Source of the DNA: Propionibacteriaceae bacterium
GTDB taxonomy: Bacteria; Actinomycetota; Actinomycetes; Propionibacteriales; Propionibacteriaceae
Direction of reading: 5' to 3'
DNA length: 32,000 nucleotides
Assembly (NCBI GenBank): GCA_031256725.1
Contig: JAIRQE010000019.1
Location: 128,830 to 160,829, forward strand
The notes beneath the pieces are model-generated. The model had not been told where the DNA came from. It searched no databases and worked only from the letters and a program-made list of their open reading frames with translations. The translations under genes were made by a program, and so were the position numbers. Positions 1 through 8,483 of the stretch are shown in pieces. Position 1 is the stretch's first letter, and each line of letters opens with the position of its first letter.

Positions 1-196
1 CGGGACGGGGAGCGGGTGGTGCACTTACCAGGCATGAACGAACGGCTCGCGCGCATTGAGAAGGACATCGCCAAAGCGCTCAACAACGGTGACCTGGCGC
101 GGGTCCGCAGACTGGCAAAGCAATGGAGCCGCCTGTGGCTGCTGAACCGGGTGAAGCAGCATGGCTGCAATCACCGCCGACCAAGTACGCTAACTA

Positions 197-532
197 TTGA
201 CCGGCACCCACGAGTTCCTCACCAGCGCCGAAGCCGCCACCAAAGCCCGAGACGCCCTCGGCATCCTGTTCATCGACGTGGCGCGAAAATCCAAGATCGG
301 CCTACGCGACCTGTCAGCCGTTAGTGGCCTGCATCGCTCCACCGTCCGTGCGATGATCCAACGCGCTATCGGCCCCGGCCTCCCCGACGGCTTTGAGCAA
401 CCTGAGCTTCCGGTCTACGTTGACCTGGCGGTCGGACACGCTGTTCACGCGGAGACAACAACTGCCGACCACCTTCAGATCGTCTCGCCGTCCCGTGCCG
501 CCACGAACCACAGCCCGGCGGTGAACCTCTAG
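197..532 (+). CDS. Hypothetical HTH-containing protein, possibly a degraded gene (TTG start)
   Basis: 111-aa ORF with an HTH-like stretch, IGLRDLSAVSGLHRSTVRAMIQ. The same frame continues upstream (ATG 161, MAAITADQVR) but is broken by TAA at 191-193. An edge ORF in another frame (1-324) overlaps it. No clear RBS. Confidence 0.3.
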   Translation: MTGTHEFLTSAEAATKARDALGILFIDVARKSKIGLRDLSAVSGLHRSTVRAMIQRAIGPGLPDGFEQPELPVYVDLAVGHAVHAETTTADHLQIVSPSRAATNHSPAVNL

Positions 533-849
533 CCCCTGTGCATGGACCGACGGACAGTGGCCGGATCGACACCGAAGCGTTCGCCAAGACGGTTGTAGCT
601 CCAACCCTCGGCGCGCAGTCGGGCGACCTCATCGCGTTGCGACTCGTTCAATACGAGCCTCCGCATCGTCACGTCGTGCCGCTCCAAGATTCGACTCACC
701 GTGGTCCGGTGGATGCTGAACTCGGCACCCAGTTCGTAGACTGTCTTGCCGTTCTTGTACTCCTCGACGAGCCGGTCAACCTCGTCCTGGCTGAGTTGCC
801 GTACCTTCCGACGAACGGGCTTCGGGGCCATACTGCGCTTGACAAGCAT
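529..849 (-). CDS. Helix-turn-helix domain protein with two tandem HTH modules (transposase/resolvase N-terminal type) and no catalytic domain
   Basis: The C-terminal 106 aa of ORF 529..1290 read LSQDEVDRLVEEYKNGKTVYELGAEFSIHRTTVSRIL and SQRDEVARLRAEGWSYNRLGERFGVDPATVRRSM, two HTH repeats. Start trimmed to ATG at 849 (alternative 831). The upstream part of the ORF-track protein looks non-protein-like. Confidence 0.6.
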   Translation of the reverse strand: MLVKRSMAPKPVRRKVRQLSQDEVDRLVEEYKNGKTVYELGAEFSIHRTTVSRILERHDVTMRRLVLNESQRDEVARLRAEGWSYNRLGERFGVDPATVRRSMHRG

Positions 850-951
850 TTTCGGTAACTTAGGGGCGGTTCGAGTAGCGTCCAGGAAGGCCCACCAAAG
901 TTCGCTTATCCGAACACCTGGCCTTGAAATGATTTCACCGTCGAGTGCAAG

Positions 952-1242
952 ATGACCCAAGCCCAAGTGCAACGCAAGCAGAAGCGCACCGAGCAGGAAG
1001 TCACCTCGAAGGTCGATTGGGCAAAAACCGAACACGGCATCACGGTGAGTCATCTCCGCGACGAGTTGGCCGCCGCTCCGACCGAGGCCGACAAGGTGAT
1101 GGACAGAATCGATACTTTGAAACACTTCATTGAAGAAACCTTTCCCCTCTTGGCTTCTCAGGTTGAGTCTCTTCCACGTGAACCAAAGAAGGACTGGGAT
1201 GAACTCAATACCATCTTTCAAAGGATACTGAGTACCATGTGA
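952..1242 (+). CDS. Hypothetical small protein (96 aa, charged, helical-looking)
   Basis: ATG-initiated ORF with protein-like composition, unlike its antisense partner. No recognisable family and no strong SD. Confidence 0.4.
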   Translation: MTQAQVQRKQKRTEQEVTSKVDWAKTEHGITVSHLRDELAAAPTEADKVMDRIDTLKHFIEETFPLLASQVESLPREPKKDWDELNTIFQRILSTM

Positions 1243-1258
1243 GGTCCAAGGCAGATTT

Positions 1259-2272
1259 TCAGGGGAATCGGGGCGAACAGGTGGATTCACGTACTACCAA
1301 AGAGGTGGCCAACTGTATATTCGTGGTGCCAGGATAGCCTTGACCGTTTGTGATAGACAGAAGGATTCTGGTCGCCTGGCGGGCCATATCTTCTAGCGGT
1401 TGGCGAATCGTTGTCAAGGTTGGAATCATCCAATCACACAGAGGTGAATCATCAAAGCCGACAACTGAAAGGTCTTGGGGAAGGATGAGTCCCTCTTCGC
1501 TCGCCGCACGATAAACACCATTAGCTTGAAGGTCGGACCCGGCAAAGATAGCAGTAGGCGGATCGGGTAAAGCCAGGAGAGCCTTAGCCGCCTTGTACCC
1601 TCCCTCGACTTCGAAATCACCATAATGAACATAGTCCGGGTTGGGTTGGATCCCTGCTCGCGCAAGCCCAGCTTGGTACCCGTCAAGGCGTTGTTGAGCA
1701 CAGGTGATGTTTTTGGGGCCTGTGATGATAGCAATACGGCGGTGGCCCAATTCGACCAAATGATCCACCGCCGTACGCCCCCCCTCGGTATTTGTTGCTC
1801 CCACGACGGGTACCCCTGGAGGAACAATCCCAATGGGATCTACGATCACATAAGGAATCCTCAACCTCGCCAACTCAGAATCAACACCATCAGTGAGCCG
1901 GGAGACCACCAGAACTAACCCATCGGAGTGACGTCTAGAGAGCCGGTCGATCCACTGGGGGTTACCCATGTCGCGCCCATGGGAGACCGAGATCACTAGG
2001 CCCACACCCGCTTGAGCAGCCTCAGATTCAGCACCCGCCAACACACAACTCGCCCAAGGGTTACTGATGCCACGCAGTACCAAATCAATCAACTTAGCCC
2101 GCTTCTGGATCCCTTTTCCTCGGGGACGGTACCCCACCTGTTTCGCTAGATCGAGGATCTGGTCTCGTACTGGTCCACTGATTCCGGGGCGACCATTGAG
2201 TACCTTCGAAACGGTCGCCACTGATGTATCGGCCATCTTAGCGATATCCGCAATGGTGATCCGATCCACCAT
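1259..2272 (-). CDS. LacI-family transcriptional regulator
   Basis: N-terminal LacI/PurR HTH MVDRITIADIAKMADTSVATVSKVLNGRPGIS followed by a periplasmic-binding-protein-like sugar-binding core. Start set to ATG 2272, preceded by GGAGGA. The longer ORF-track start (2524) would overlap the permease gene. Confidence 0.9.
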   Translation of the reverse strand: MVDRITIADIAKMADTSVATVSKVLNGRPGISGPVRDQILDLAKQVGYRPRGKGIQKRAKLIDLVLRGISNPWASCVLAGAESEAAQAGVGLVISVSHGRDMGNPQWIDRLSRRHSDGLVLVVSRLTDGVDSELARLRIPYVIVDPIGIVPPGVPVVGATNTEGGRTAVDHLVELGHRRIAIITGPKNITCAQQRLDGYQAGLARAGIQPNPDYVHYGDFEVEGGYKAAKALLALPDPPTAIFAGSDLQANGVYRAASEEGLILPQDLSVVGFDDSPLCDWMIPTLTTIRQPLEDMARQATRILLSITNGQGYPGTTNIQLATSLVVRESTCSPRFP

Positions 2273-2301
2273 CTTTCCTCCAGACCTAAAACCAGACAGG
2301 A

Positions 2302-3186
2302 CTAGCCTTTCACTGCACCTGCCAAGCCACCAACAATTTGCTTCTCCGCAATGAGAAAGAATACCAAAGCTGGCACCATCGAGATAGCCGTGTACGCCAA
2401 AACTGAGCCAGTATCTTGGGAGTACTGAGTCGCGAACTGAGTCGCCCCGAGAGGCAGAGTCCACGAATCTTGAGGCATCCCACCAGCAGCCATGACCAGT
2501 AATGGCAGGAGGTAGGCATTCCATGATCCAATGAAAGCCAAGACGCCCACAGTCACCAATCCAGGCATTGACAAGGGAAGAAGAATCCTCCAGAAGAAGC
2601 CAATCCGGGTGGTACCGTCAATGGCAGCAGCCTCCTCAAGTTCATCAGGAATGGCTCGCAGGAATGGTACCAAAATGATGACTGTTACCGGTAGGGCGAA
2701 GGCTATCTGAGGAAGAATCACTCCAAGATGGGTACCATGTAGCCCGATGTTGCGAACAAGGATATTCAACGGAAGTGAAGCCACTGTGAGTGGGAACATC
2801 AACCCTGCTGTGAACAGAGCATAGAGTGCTTGACGCCCCTTGAAGGAGTACCGAGCAATAACGAAAGCTGCCATAAGTCCCAAGACGACCACACCCAAGG
2901 TGGTACTGGCCCCAATGATGACCGAGGATGATAAAGATCCCCAGAACCTCTCAGAAGACAGCACTCGGGAATAGTTGTCAATGATCCACGGGTTGGGAAG
3001 GCCTCCAGGATTGGAGTTAATGTCCACACCGGAACGGAAGCCACCAATCCAGACGTAGATCACTGGTACCACAGAAGACAGAATCGCCACGATGGCGACA
3101 AGGTAGACCGCCATATGGGACAAAGCCTTGGTCACTGCATAGGGATCAGTTCGAGAGTCTTGGTGAGTCTTTGATTGTTGACCCAT
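2302..3186 (-). CDS. Carbohydrate ABC transporter permease (MalG-like)
   Basis: Multi-TM protein with an EAA loop, EEAAAIDGTTRIGFFWRILLPLSMPG. Start ATG 3186 lies 1 nt after the stop of the upstream permease. Confidence 0.9.
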   Translation of the reverse strand: MGQQSKTHQDSRTDPYAVTKALSHMAVYLVAIVAILSSVVPVIYVWIGGFRSGVDINSNPGGLPNPWIIDNYSRVLSSERFWGSLSSSVIIGASTTLGVVVLGLMAAFVIARYSFKGRQALYALFTAGLMFPLTVASLPLNILVRNIGLHGTHLGVILPQIAFALPVTVIILVPFLRAIPDELEEAAAIDGTTRIGFFWRILLPLSMPGLVTVGVLAFIGSWNAYLLPLLVMAAGGMPQDSWTLPLGATQFATQYSQDTGSVLAYTAISMVPALVFFLIAEKQIVGGLAGAVKG

Positions 3187-3187
3187 A

Positions 3188-4192
3188 TCAACGCACCCCC
3201 CTAGTGATCGCACCTTCAAGATCCCGGCGCATCGCAAAGCGTTGGTACACGAGAGCCACTGTCAATGAAATCGCGAAGAGGATCACCGCAATAGCACTGC
3301 CATATCCGGGCGCTGTCTGACCATTTTTCAGCATGTAGACCGCCATTGTATTTGTAGAATTCAGTGGACCTCCACTGGTTGTGACCCAGACCATGTCGAA
3401 GAGTTGGAGGGAACCAATCATCGACAAGAAGACCCAGATGCGGATCGTTGGACCCAGGAGCGGCAAGGTGATGTGCCATTGGGTTTTCCACCACCCAGCA
3501 CCATCAATAGCAGCTGCTTCATGGAGTTCCTCGGGTACACTCTGAAGCCCGGCCAGCATAATGAGTACAGCGAACCCAAGATATTTCCAGGTCAGGATTC
3601 CGAACATCACCCATAGTGCAATACTCGGGTCACCAAGAGCTCCATCACTAGGAGCGGGAAGTCCGATGGCTGTTATCCAGGAGTTGATGGCCCCTCGCGG
3701 CGAAAGCAGGAGGCTCCACGACAGAGCAGCGATAGCCTCTGCGAGAACATAGGGTACAAAGATGGCTGCACGAATGAAACCCCGTCCACGCATCTTTCGG
3801 TTCAACAGAAGTGCAACGAGAATCGCTAAAGGACCCTGGATGAGGATTGATGCGATGAGGATGAAGAAGTTGTTCCCGATGGCTTGTATGAAATCAGGAT
3901 CAGTGAAAGCTTGGATGTAATTATCGAGTCCATTGAAGCAAGATGTTCCCCGCACTCGCTCTGGTGAACTACAGGAAATGTTGTTCAGTGATGCTACGCC
4001 ATTCCAACGGTAGAGGCTATAGTACGCAGCCTGGATGACCGGGACAATGACGAAGGTGACGAAAACGACCAAAGCTGGACCGACGAAGATGATGATCTCC
4101 GCCCATTTGCGTAGATTCGAATCCTTACGCTTGGATTTGGATGAGGCAGGACCCGCCACGAGTGCGGGCCCTGCCTGAGTAGAAGTTGACAT
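3188..4192 (-). CDS. Carbohydrate ABC transporter permease (MalF-like)
   Basis: Multi-TM protein with an EAA loop, HEAAAIDGAGWWKTQWHITLPLLGP. Start trimmed to ATG 4192 (MSTSTQAG...), 8 nt after the binding-protein stop. Confidence 0.9.
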   Translation of the reverse strand: MSTSTQAGPALVAGPASSKSKRKDSNLRKWAEIIIFVGPALVVFVTFVIVPVIQAAYYSLYRWNGVASLNNISCSSPERVRGTSCFNGLDNYIQAFTDPDFIQAIGNNFFILIASILIQGPLAILVALLLNRKMRGRGFIRAAIFVPYVLAEAIAALSWSLLLSPRGAINSWITAIGLPAPSDGALGDPSIALWVMFGILTWKYLGFAVLIMLAGLQSVPEELHEAAAIDGAGWWKTQWHITLPLLGPTIRIWVFLSMIGSLQLFDMVWVTTSGGPLNSTNTMAVYMLKNGQTAPGYGSAIAVILFAISLTVALVYQRFAMRRDLEGAITRGVR

Positions 4193-4199
4193 TGTTGGA

Positions 4200-5504
4200 T
4201 TACTGCTTTGCGGCTGTATCCTCGAGTGCTTTGACAACAGACTCAGGGGTACCCTTGCCTGCCATAAGGTCGACGACTGCCTGGTTGAGTGGGGAACCGA
4301 AGTCCGGACCAAGAGCCGAATCCAGCCACAGTTGCACATAAGTAGCATCAGCTAGGCCATCAGCAACCATCTTCAGGTTGACATCAGTGAGCCCAGAGGT
4401 ACCCGCAGGATTGGTGGGGATACCCGAACCGGTCTCTGCGAAGCGCTTCTGAACATCATCAGATACTATGTAAGCTACTAATTCGACTGCAACATCAGGA
4501 GCGTCTTTGTAGACTCCCCATCCGTCACCGCCACCCATAGCGATGCCAGGAAGACCAGCAGCACCTGGGACTGAAACCATGGGGAACCATCCAACGAATT
4601 CAGGAACTACTCCACCAGGAGCCAGTTCACCGATCTTGCCGGAGTTCCAGTGGCCCATCAGTTCCATACCGGCATTGCCATTGGCCACGAGACCAGCAGA
4701 GGAATCTGCACCAGTCTGTGCTGAGGTTGCCAACCAACCATCCTGGAAAGGCTTGGTGTCAACGAATTCTTTAAGTAGGGTTCCTGCTTCCACCCAGCAA
4801 GGGTCGGAGAAGTCGAGCTGTGGAATGGCAGATTCCAAGGTCTCCACCGAACAAGAGGCGAGAGCGAATTGGTACCACCAGTGACCGGCTGGCCACAGGT
4901 CTTTGGCACCCACGGCAATCGGGGCAACATTGATAGCCTTGAGCTTGGCGACAGCGTCGTTCAATTCAGGCAGTGTCGTGGGAACCTGAGCGATTCCAGC
5001 TTCCTCGAAGAGATTCTTATTATACCAGAATCCTTCAATCCCGAAGGTGTAGGGAACGCCGTATTGCTTGCCATCAACCTGCCATGGGTTAATTGAGCTA
5101 CCCAGCTTGGAAAGGGAACTCGCAGCAGAGGTTGTGAGATCCTTGAGGTACCCCGCCTGAACCTGAGAGCGAACCTCGCCACCAGGCCACACCATGAAGA
5201 CATCTGGGGCAGCATCTCCACCAGCTAGAAGTGCTTGGGGGATCAATGTACGTTGAAGATCCTCGTTCTGGTACCCAGTCACAGTGATCTTCACACCAGG
5301 GTGATCATTTTCGAATTCCTTGGCGACCTGTTCCCAGACCCCCTTCAGCGGATCAGAAGTCGCGTTGTGCCACCAGGTTAGTTCAACGGTCTCGGTGCCC
5401 GTATCCCCGGTGTTACCTGGATCAGCGGTTGTGGCGCATGCAGACAGCACGAGGGTACTGGCAGCCATGATGATGCCTATTGCAGTCAGTTTTATAACTC
5501 GCAT
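4200..5504 (-). CDS. ABC transporter extracellular sugar-binding lipoprotein
   Basis: Signal peptide with lipobox, MRVIKLTAIGIIMAASTLVLSAC. Family-1 solute-binding-protein length and composition. Strong RBS (GAGGAGGA) upstream of ATG 5504. Confidence 0.9.
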   Translation of the reverse strand: MRVIKLTAIGIIMAASTLVLSACATTADPGNTGDTGTETVELTWWHNATSDPLKGVWEQVAKEFENDHPGVKITVTGYQNEDLQRTLIPQALLAGGDAAPDVFMVWPGGEVRSQVQAGYLKDLTTSAASSLSKLGSSINPWQVDGKQYGVPYTFGIEGFWYNKNLFEEAGIAQVPTTLPELNDAVAKLKAINVAPIAVGAKDLWPAGHWWYQFALASCSVETLESAIPQLDFSDPCWVEAGTLLKEFVDTKPFQDGWLATSAQTGADSSAGLVANGNAGMELMGHWNSGKIGELAPGGVVPEFVGWFPMVSVPGAAGLPGIAMGGGDGWGVYKDAPDVAVELVAYIVSDDVQKRFAETGSGIPTNPAGTSGLTDVNLKMVADGLADATYVQLWLDSALGPDFGSPLNQAVVDLMAGKGTPESVVKALEDTAAKQ

Positions 5505-5653
5505 TTCAGAGATTCCTCCTCTTTGAGCTTCCCGGATTTGTCCGGTTTGTAGGTCATGAGTGGACTAGTGGATTACTCCTTGAACTAGTCATGAAAGTTA
5601 GGTTACGACAGAAGAGCACCAGTTTTGGTCACAAAACGGTAACAAAGGAAATT

Positions 5654-5671
5654 CGTGAGAAAGTTTCACGC
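5654..5671. promoter_or_regulatory. Imperfect palindrome, candidate LacI-family operator (core GAAAGTTTC)
   Basis: CGTGAGAAAGTTTCACGC. It shares the 9-bp core GAAAGTTTC with the perfect palindrome at 5755-5769. 5 of 7 arm positions are symmetric around G5663. It lies in the divergent promoter region. Confidence 0.35.
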
Positions 5672-5754
5672 TCATTACATCTTCTGATGGCATTCATCAT
5701 CAGTATTAGTGCTGGTAACATACGATTCAGGGAGGGAGGTTAGGAAGTCATTGT

Positions 5755-5769
5755 TACGAAAGTTTCGTA
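5755..5769. promoter_or_regulatory. Perfect 7+1+7 palindrome TACGAAA-G-TTTCGTA, candidate LacI-family operator
   Basis: Checked by hand as reverse-complement symmetric. It ends 39 bp upstream of the GH3 ATG. A LacI regulator is encoded in the divergent operon. Confidence 0.45.
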
Positions 5770-5807
5770 CTTTGCACTTCAGGAAAGTACGTAAAGGAGC
5801 CACGAAT

Positions 5808-8108
5808 ATGACCGCTACCTCAACCCCCATGATCTCCCAACGTGTCCAGGAACTCATGGCAACCATGACCCTGAAAGAGAAGCTTGCTCAACTTCAAGGG
5901 ATCTGGTTAAGCGCCCATGAGGGTGGTGTCGTCGCCCCTACAATGAATGCTCAAGGACAACTGGTTGCAGAGTATGAATCCTTCTCACAATCAGGCCTGG
6001 GGCACCTCACTCGCATCTATGGTACAAAACCGCTCACCCCTCGACAGGGTTTGGAAACTGTCATCTCACGCCAACGCTGGTTAGCTGATCATACTCGTCT
6101 ACGGATTGCTGCCTTAGTACACGAGGAATGTCTGACCGGACTAGCCGCATGGACAGCCACGACCTTCCCCACTCCCCTCGCTTGGGGAGCAACCTTTGAT
6201 CCCGACCTTGCTCATGACATGGGTTCAGCAATCGGTGAGACCATGGAAGCCCTCGGCATCCATCAAGGTCTGGCTCCCGTCTTGGATGTCATTACCGACC
6301 CTCGCTTCGGACGAGTCGAAGAATGTATCAGCGAGGACCCGTACGTCATCGCAACCATCGCAAAAGGATATATTGAAGGGATCCAGAAACACGGCCCATT
6401 AGCCACTTTGAAGCATTTCATTGGGTACTCAGGATCCAAGGGCGGACGCAATCTGGGACCTGTTCATGCAGGGTGGAGAGAGATCGAAGACCTCTACATG
6501 CTCCCCTTTGAGGTTGGGATCTTGGATGCCGGTGTAGGTTCAGTCATGAACGCCTATCCCGACATCGATGGTGTACCAGTCGCCGTTCATGAGTACCTTC
6601 TTACAGGGATCCTCCGTGACCGTTGGGGATTTACTGGTACCTGTGTGGCTGATTACTTCGCTGTCGCCTTCATCATGGAACTCCATCAGGTGGCTGAGAA
6701 CCTCGGCGATGCTGCCGCCCAAGCTCTTAAGGCGGGTATAGATGTGGAACTCCCCACAGGCAATGCCTTCCGCGAACCCCTAGAAACCTGGATTGAAACC
6801 CATCCCGAAACCCTCCCGTGGATTGATCGTGCACTAGCACGGGTCCTCACTCAAAAAGAAGAGCTTGGCCTACTCGACATCGACACCGTCATCTCTACGT
6901 TGGAATCCAAACTTGAGCAGGTACCCGAAACTCTGGATCCTCCCGCTCATCGCCAGGTCGCCCGAAGGATCGCTGAGGAATCAGTAGTCCTCCTCGATAA
7001 TTCCGCAGGGTTACTCCCCCTAGGTCCCGAAACCTCGATTGCAGTCATCGGTCCCAATGCTGATCGCCAAGCAGCACTCTTCGGGTGTTATTCCTTCGTT
7101 AATCATGTCCTCGCTCATAATCCTGGGGTACCCTCCCATATTGAGGCGCCCACCATCCTTGAAGCCCTCTCTACAGAGTTCACTCACGTCAGTTATGCAC
7201 AAGGGTGCTCTGTACGCGATCAGAACACTGATGGTTTCGCTCAGGCAGTGAGCCTCGCAGAATCCGCTGATGTTGTCATAGCAGTCATGGGTGACCAATC
7301 AGGCCTCTTCGGTGAAGGTACCTCCGGTGAAGGATGCGACACTGACTCCCTCAACTTGCCAGGAGTACAAGAACAACTCCTTGAAGCCCTCTATGCCACA
7401 GGTACACCGGTTGTACTCGTTGCCGTGACTGGACGCCCCTATGCACTCGGCCCTCTAGCCTCCAAGGCCAAAGCCACTGTTCAATCCTTCTTCCCAGGCG
7501 AGGAGGGTGCTTCCGCCATCGCAGGAGTACTCACTGGTCGAGTCAATCCTTCGGGTCGCCTCCCAGTATCAATGCCCGCCTGTGTGGGTAGCCAGCCCTT
7601 CTCGTACCTCCATGCGAAACTGGGTGAACCCAGCGATGTCACTACTGTGAACTCCAAGCCCTGGCGACCCTTCGGATATGGTGAGTCTTATACCTCTTTC
7701 GAGTACACAGGTCTTCAGATCAGCGAGTCTGCGGCCACCGATGGTTGGATCCAAGCACAGGTACGAGTACGCAATACTGGGCAACGCGACGGATCAGAGG
7801 TTGTTCAACTCTATGGTCATGATCTCGTGGCTTCGATTGCACCACGATCTGTCCAACTCTTAGGGTACGCTCGACTGGATCTCGAAGCGGGCGCAGGGCG
7901 CGACATCACTATGCGTATCCCAGCAGCCCGATTCGCCTTCCACAATCGAGATATGAAACGTGTCGTCGAACCTGGTGGAGTCGAGTTGTGGTTTGGATCC
8001 TCCAGTCAAGACGAGATCACAGCCCGTACCCTCGTTCACCTCACGGGCGGTATTGCTGAGGTCACCAAAGATACACCCCGACTGGTTGAGGTAGTTCTGT
8101 CCTACTGA
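5808..8108 (+). CDS. Glycoside hydrolase family 3 beta-glucosidase (BglX-like), cytoplasmic
   Basis: 766 aa from ATG 5808 (AAAGGAG RBS). GH3 hallmarks are KHFIGYSG and the nucleophile region WGFTGTCVADY, plus the GH3 C-terminal domain and an FnIII-like tail. No signal peptide. Confidence 0.9.
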   Translation: MTATSTPMISQRVQELMATMTLKEKLAQLQGIWLSAHEGGVVAPTMNAQGQLVAEYESFSQSGLGHLTRIYGTKPLTPRQGLETVISRQRWLADHTRLRIAALVHEECLTGLAAWTATTFPTPLAWGATFDPDLAHDMGSAIGETMEALGIHQGLAPVLDVITDPRFGRVEECISEDPYVIATIAKGYIEGIQKHGPLATLKHFIGYSGSKGGRNLGPVHAGWREIEDLYMLPFEVGILDAGVGSVMNAYPDIDGVPVAVHEYLLTGILRDRWGFTGTCVADYFAVAFIMELHQVAENLGDAAAQALKAGIDVELPTGNAFREPLETWIETHPETLPWIDRALARVLTQKEELGLLDIDTVISTLESKLEQVPETLDPPAHRQVARRIAEESVVLLDNSAGLLPLGPETSIAVIGPNADRQAALFGCYSFVNHVLAHNPGVPSHIEAPTILEALSTEFTHVSYAQGCSVRDQNTDGFAQAVSLAESADVVIAVMGDQSGLFGEGTSGEGCDTDSLNLPGVQEQLLEALYATGTPVVLVAVTGRPYALGPLASKAKATVQSFFPGEEGASAIAGVLTGRVNPSGRLPVSMPACVGSQPFSYLHAKLGEPSDVTTVNSKPWRPFGYGESYTSFEYTGLQISESAATDGWIQAQVRVRNTGQRDGSEVVQLYGHDLVASIAPRSVQLLGYARLDLEAGAGRDITMRIPAARFAFHNRDMKRVVEPGGVELWFGSSSQDEITARTLVHLTGGIAEVTKDTPRLVEVVLSY

Positions 8109-8409
8109 AGGTCAGTACATACTAATCCTGCCCGAAACCCGCCACATTGGAGATTTCTTGGCCTCCACGACGACGCGGCAGGGTTTTGGGTACGATTTGA
8201 GTACAAACCCCTACCGCGTCGATTTCGAGGCTGGTGTGAGGGGGACGTCCCCGGTGGGGATGGTTTGCGCACCTGGTCATCAGGGGCTTGGTTTTTCGCC
8301 TGGAACTGGTCTGGGACGCTGGTGGTGACCGCGATCTGCATCGGGATGGTGAACCGCTCGGTGGCGGCGAACCATAGGTCACAAATTGACCAGTGAGATT
8401 GCTTCAAAT

Positions 8410-8467
8410 TAACTACTAAAGAACCTTTAAAGTAACTAATAGAATCTCTGCAAACCAACTAATGACA
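8410..8467. repeat. Three direct repeats (T/C)AACTA(C/A)T spaced 22-23 bp apart in AT-rich DNA upstream of the ATPase gene
   Basis: TAACTACTAAAG (8410), TAACTAATAGAA (8433) and CAACTAATGACA (8455). Spacing is about two helical turns. The last copy ends about 17 bp before ATG 8484. Confidence 0.4.
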
Positions 8468-8483
8468 TGATAGGTTTACCTGC

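Noticed and set aside
1-324. Edge ORF (16..324 in the track; the frame is open to position 1)
   Set aside because: The first ~50 residues look plausible (NERLARIEKDIAKALNNGDLARVRRLAKQW). The remainder is Arg/Pro/His-rich read-through overlapping a better frame. I cannot define a real gene end, so it is treated as part of a degraded region rather than called.
860-885. tRNA-like GGTTCGAGT T-loop motif
   Set aside because: No complementary T-stem, acceptor stem or anticodon arm could be built around it.
529-1290. The full 253-aa ORF-track protein on the minus strand
   Set aside because: Only the C-terminal ~106 aa (the double HTH) look like protein. The N-terminal 147 aa are compositionally odd and lie antisense to a better-looking ORF (952-1242). 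The CDS was trimmed to 529-849.
8102-8458. ORFs of 118 aa and 86 aa on the minus strand between the GH3 and ATPase genes
   Set aside because: The translations are Pro/Arg/Ser-rich and low-complexity, with no start context or recognisable motifs. This is probably non-coding or a decayed remnant. It is flagged only within the island finding.
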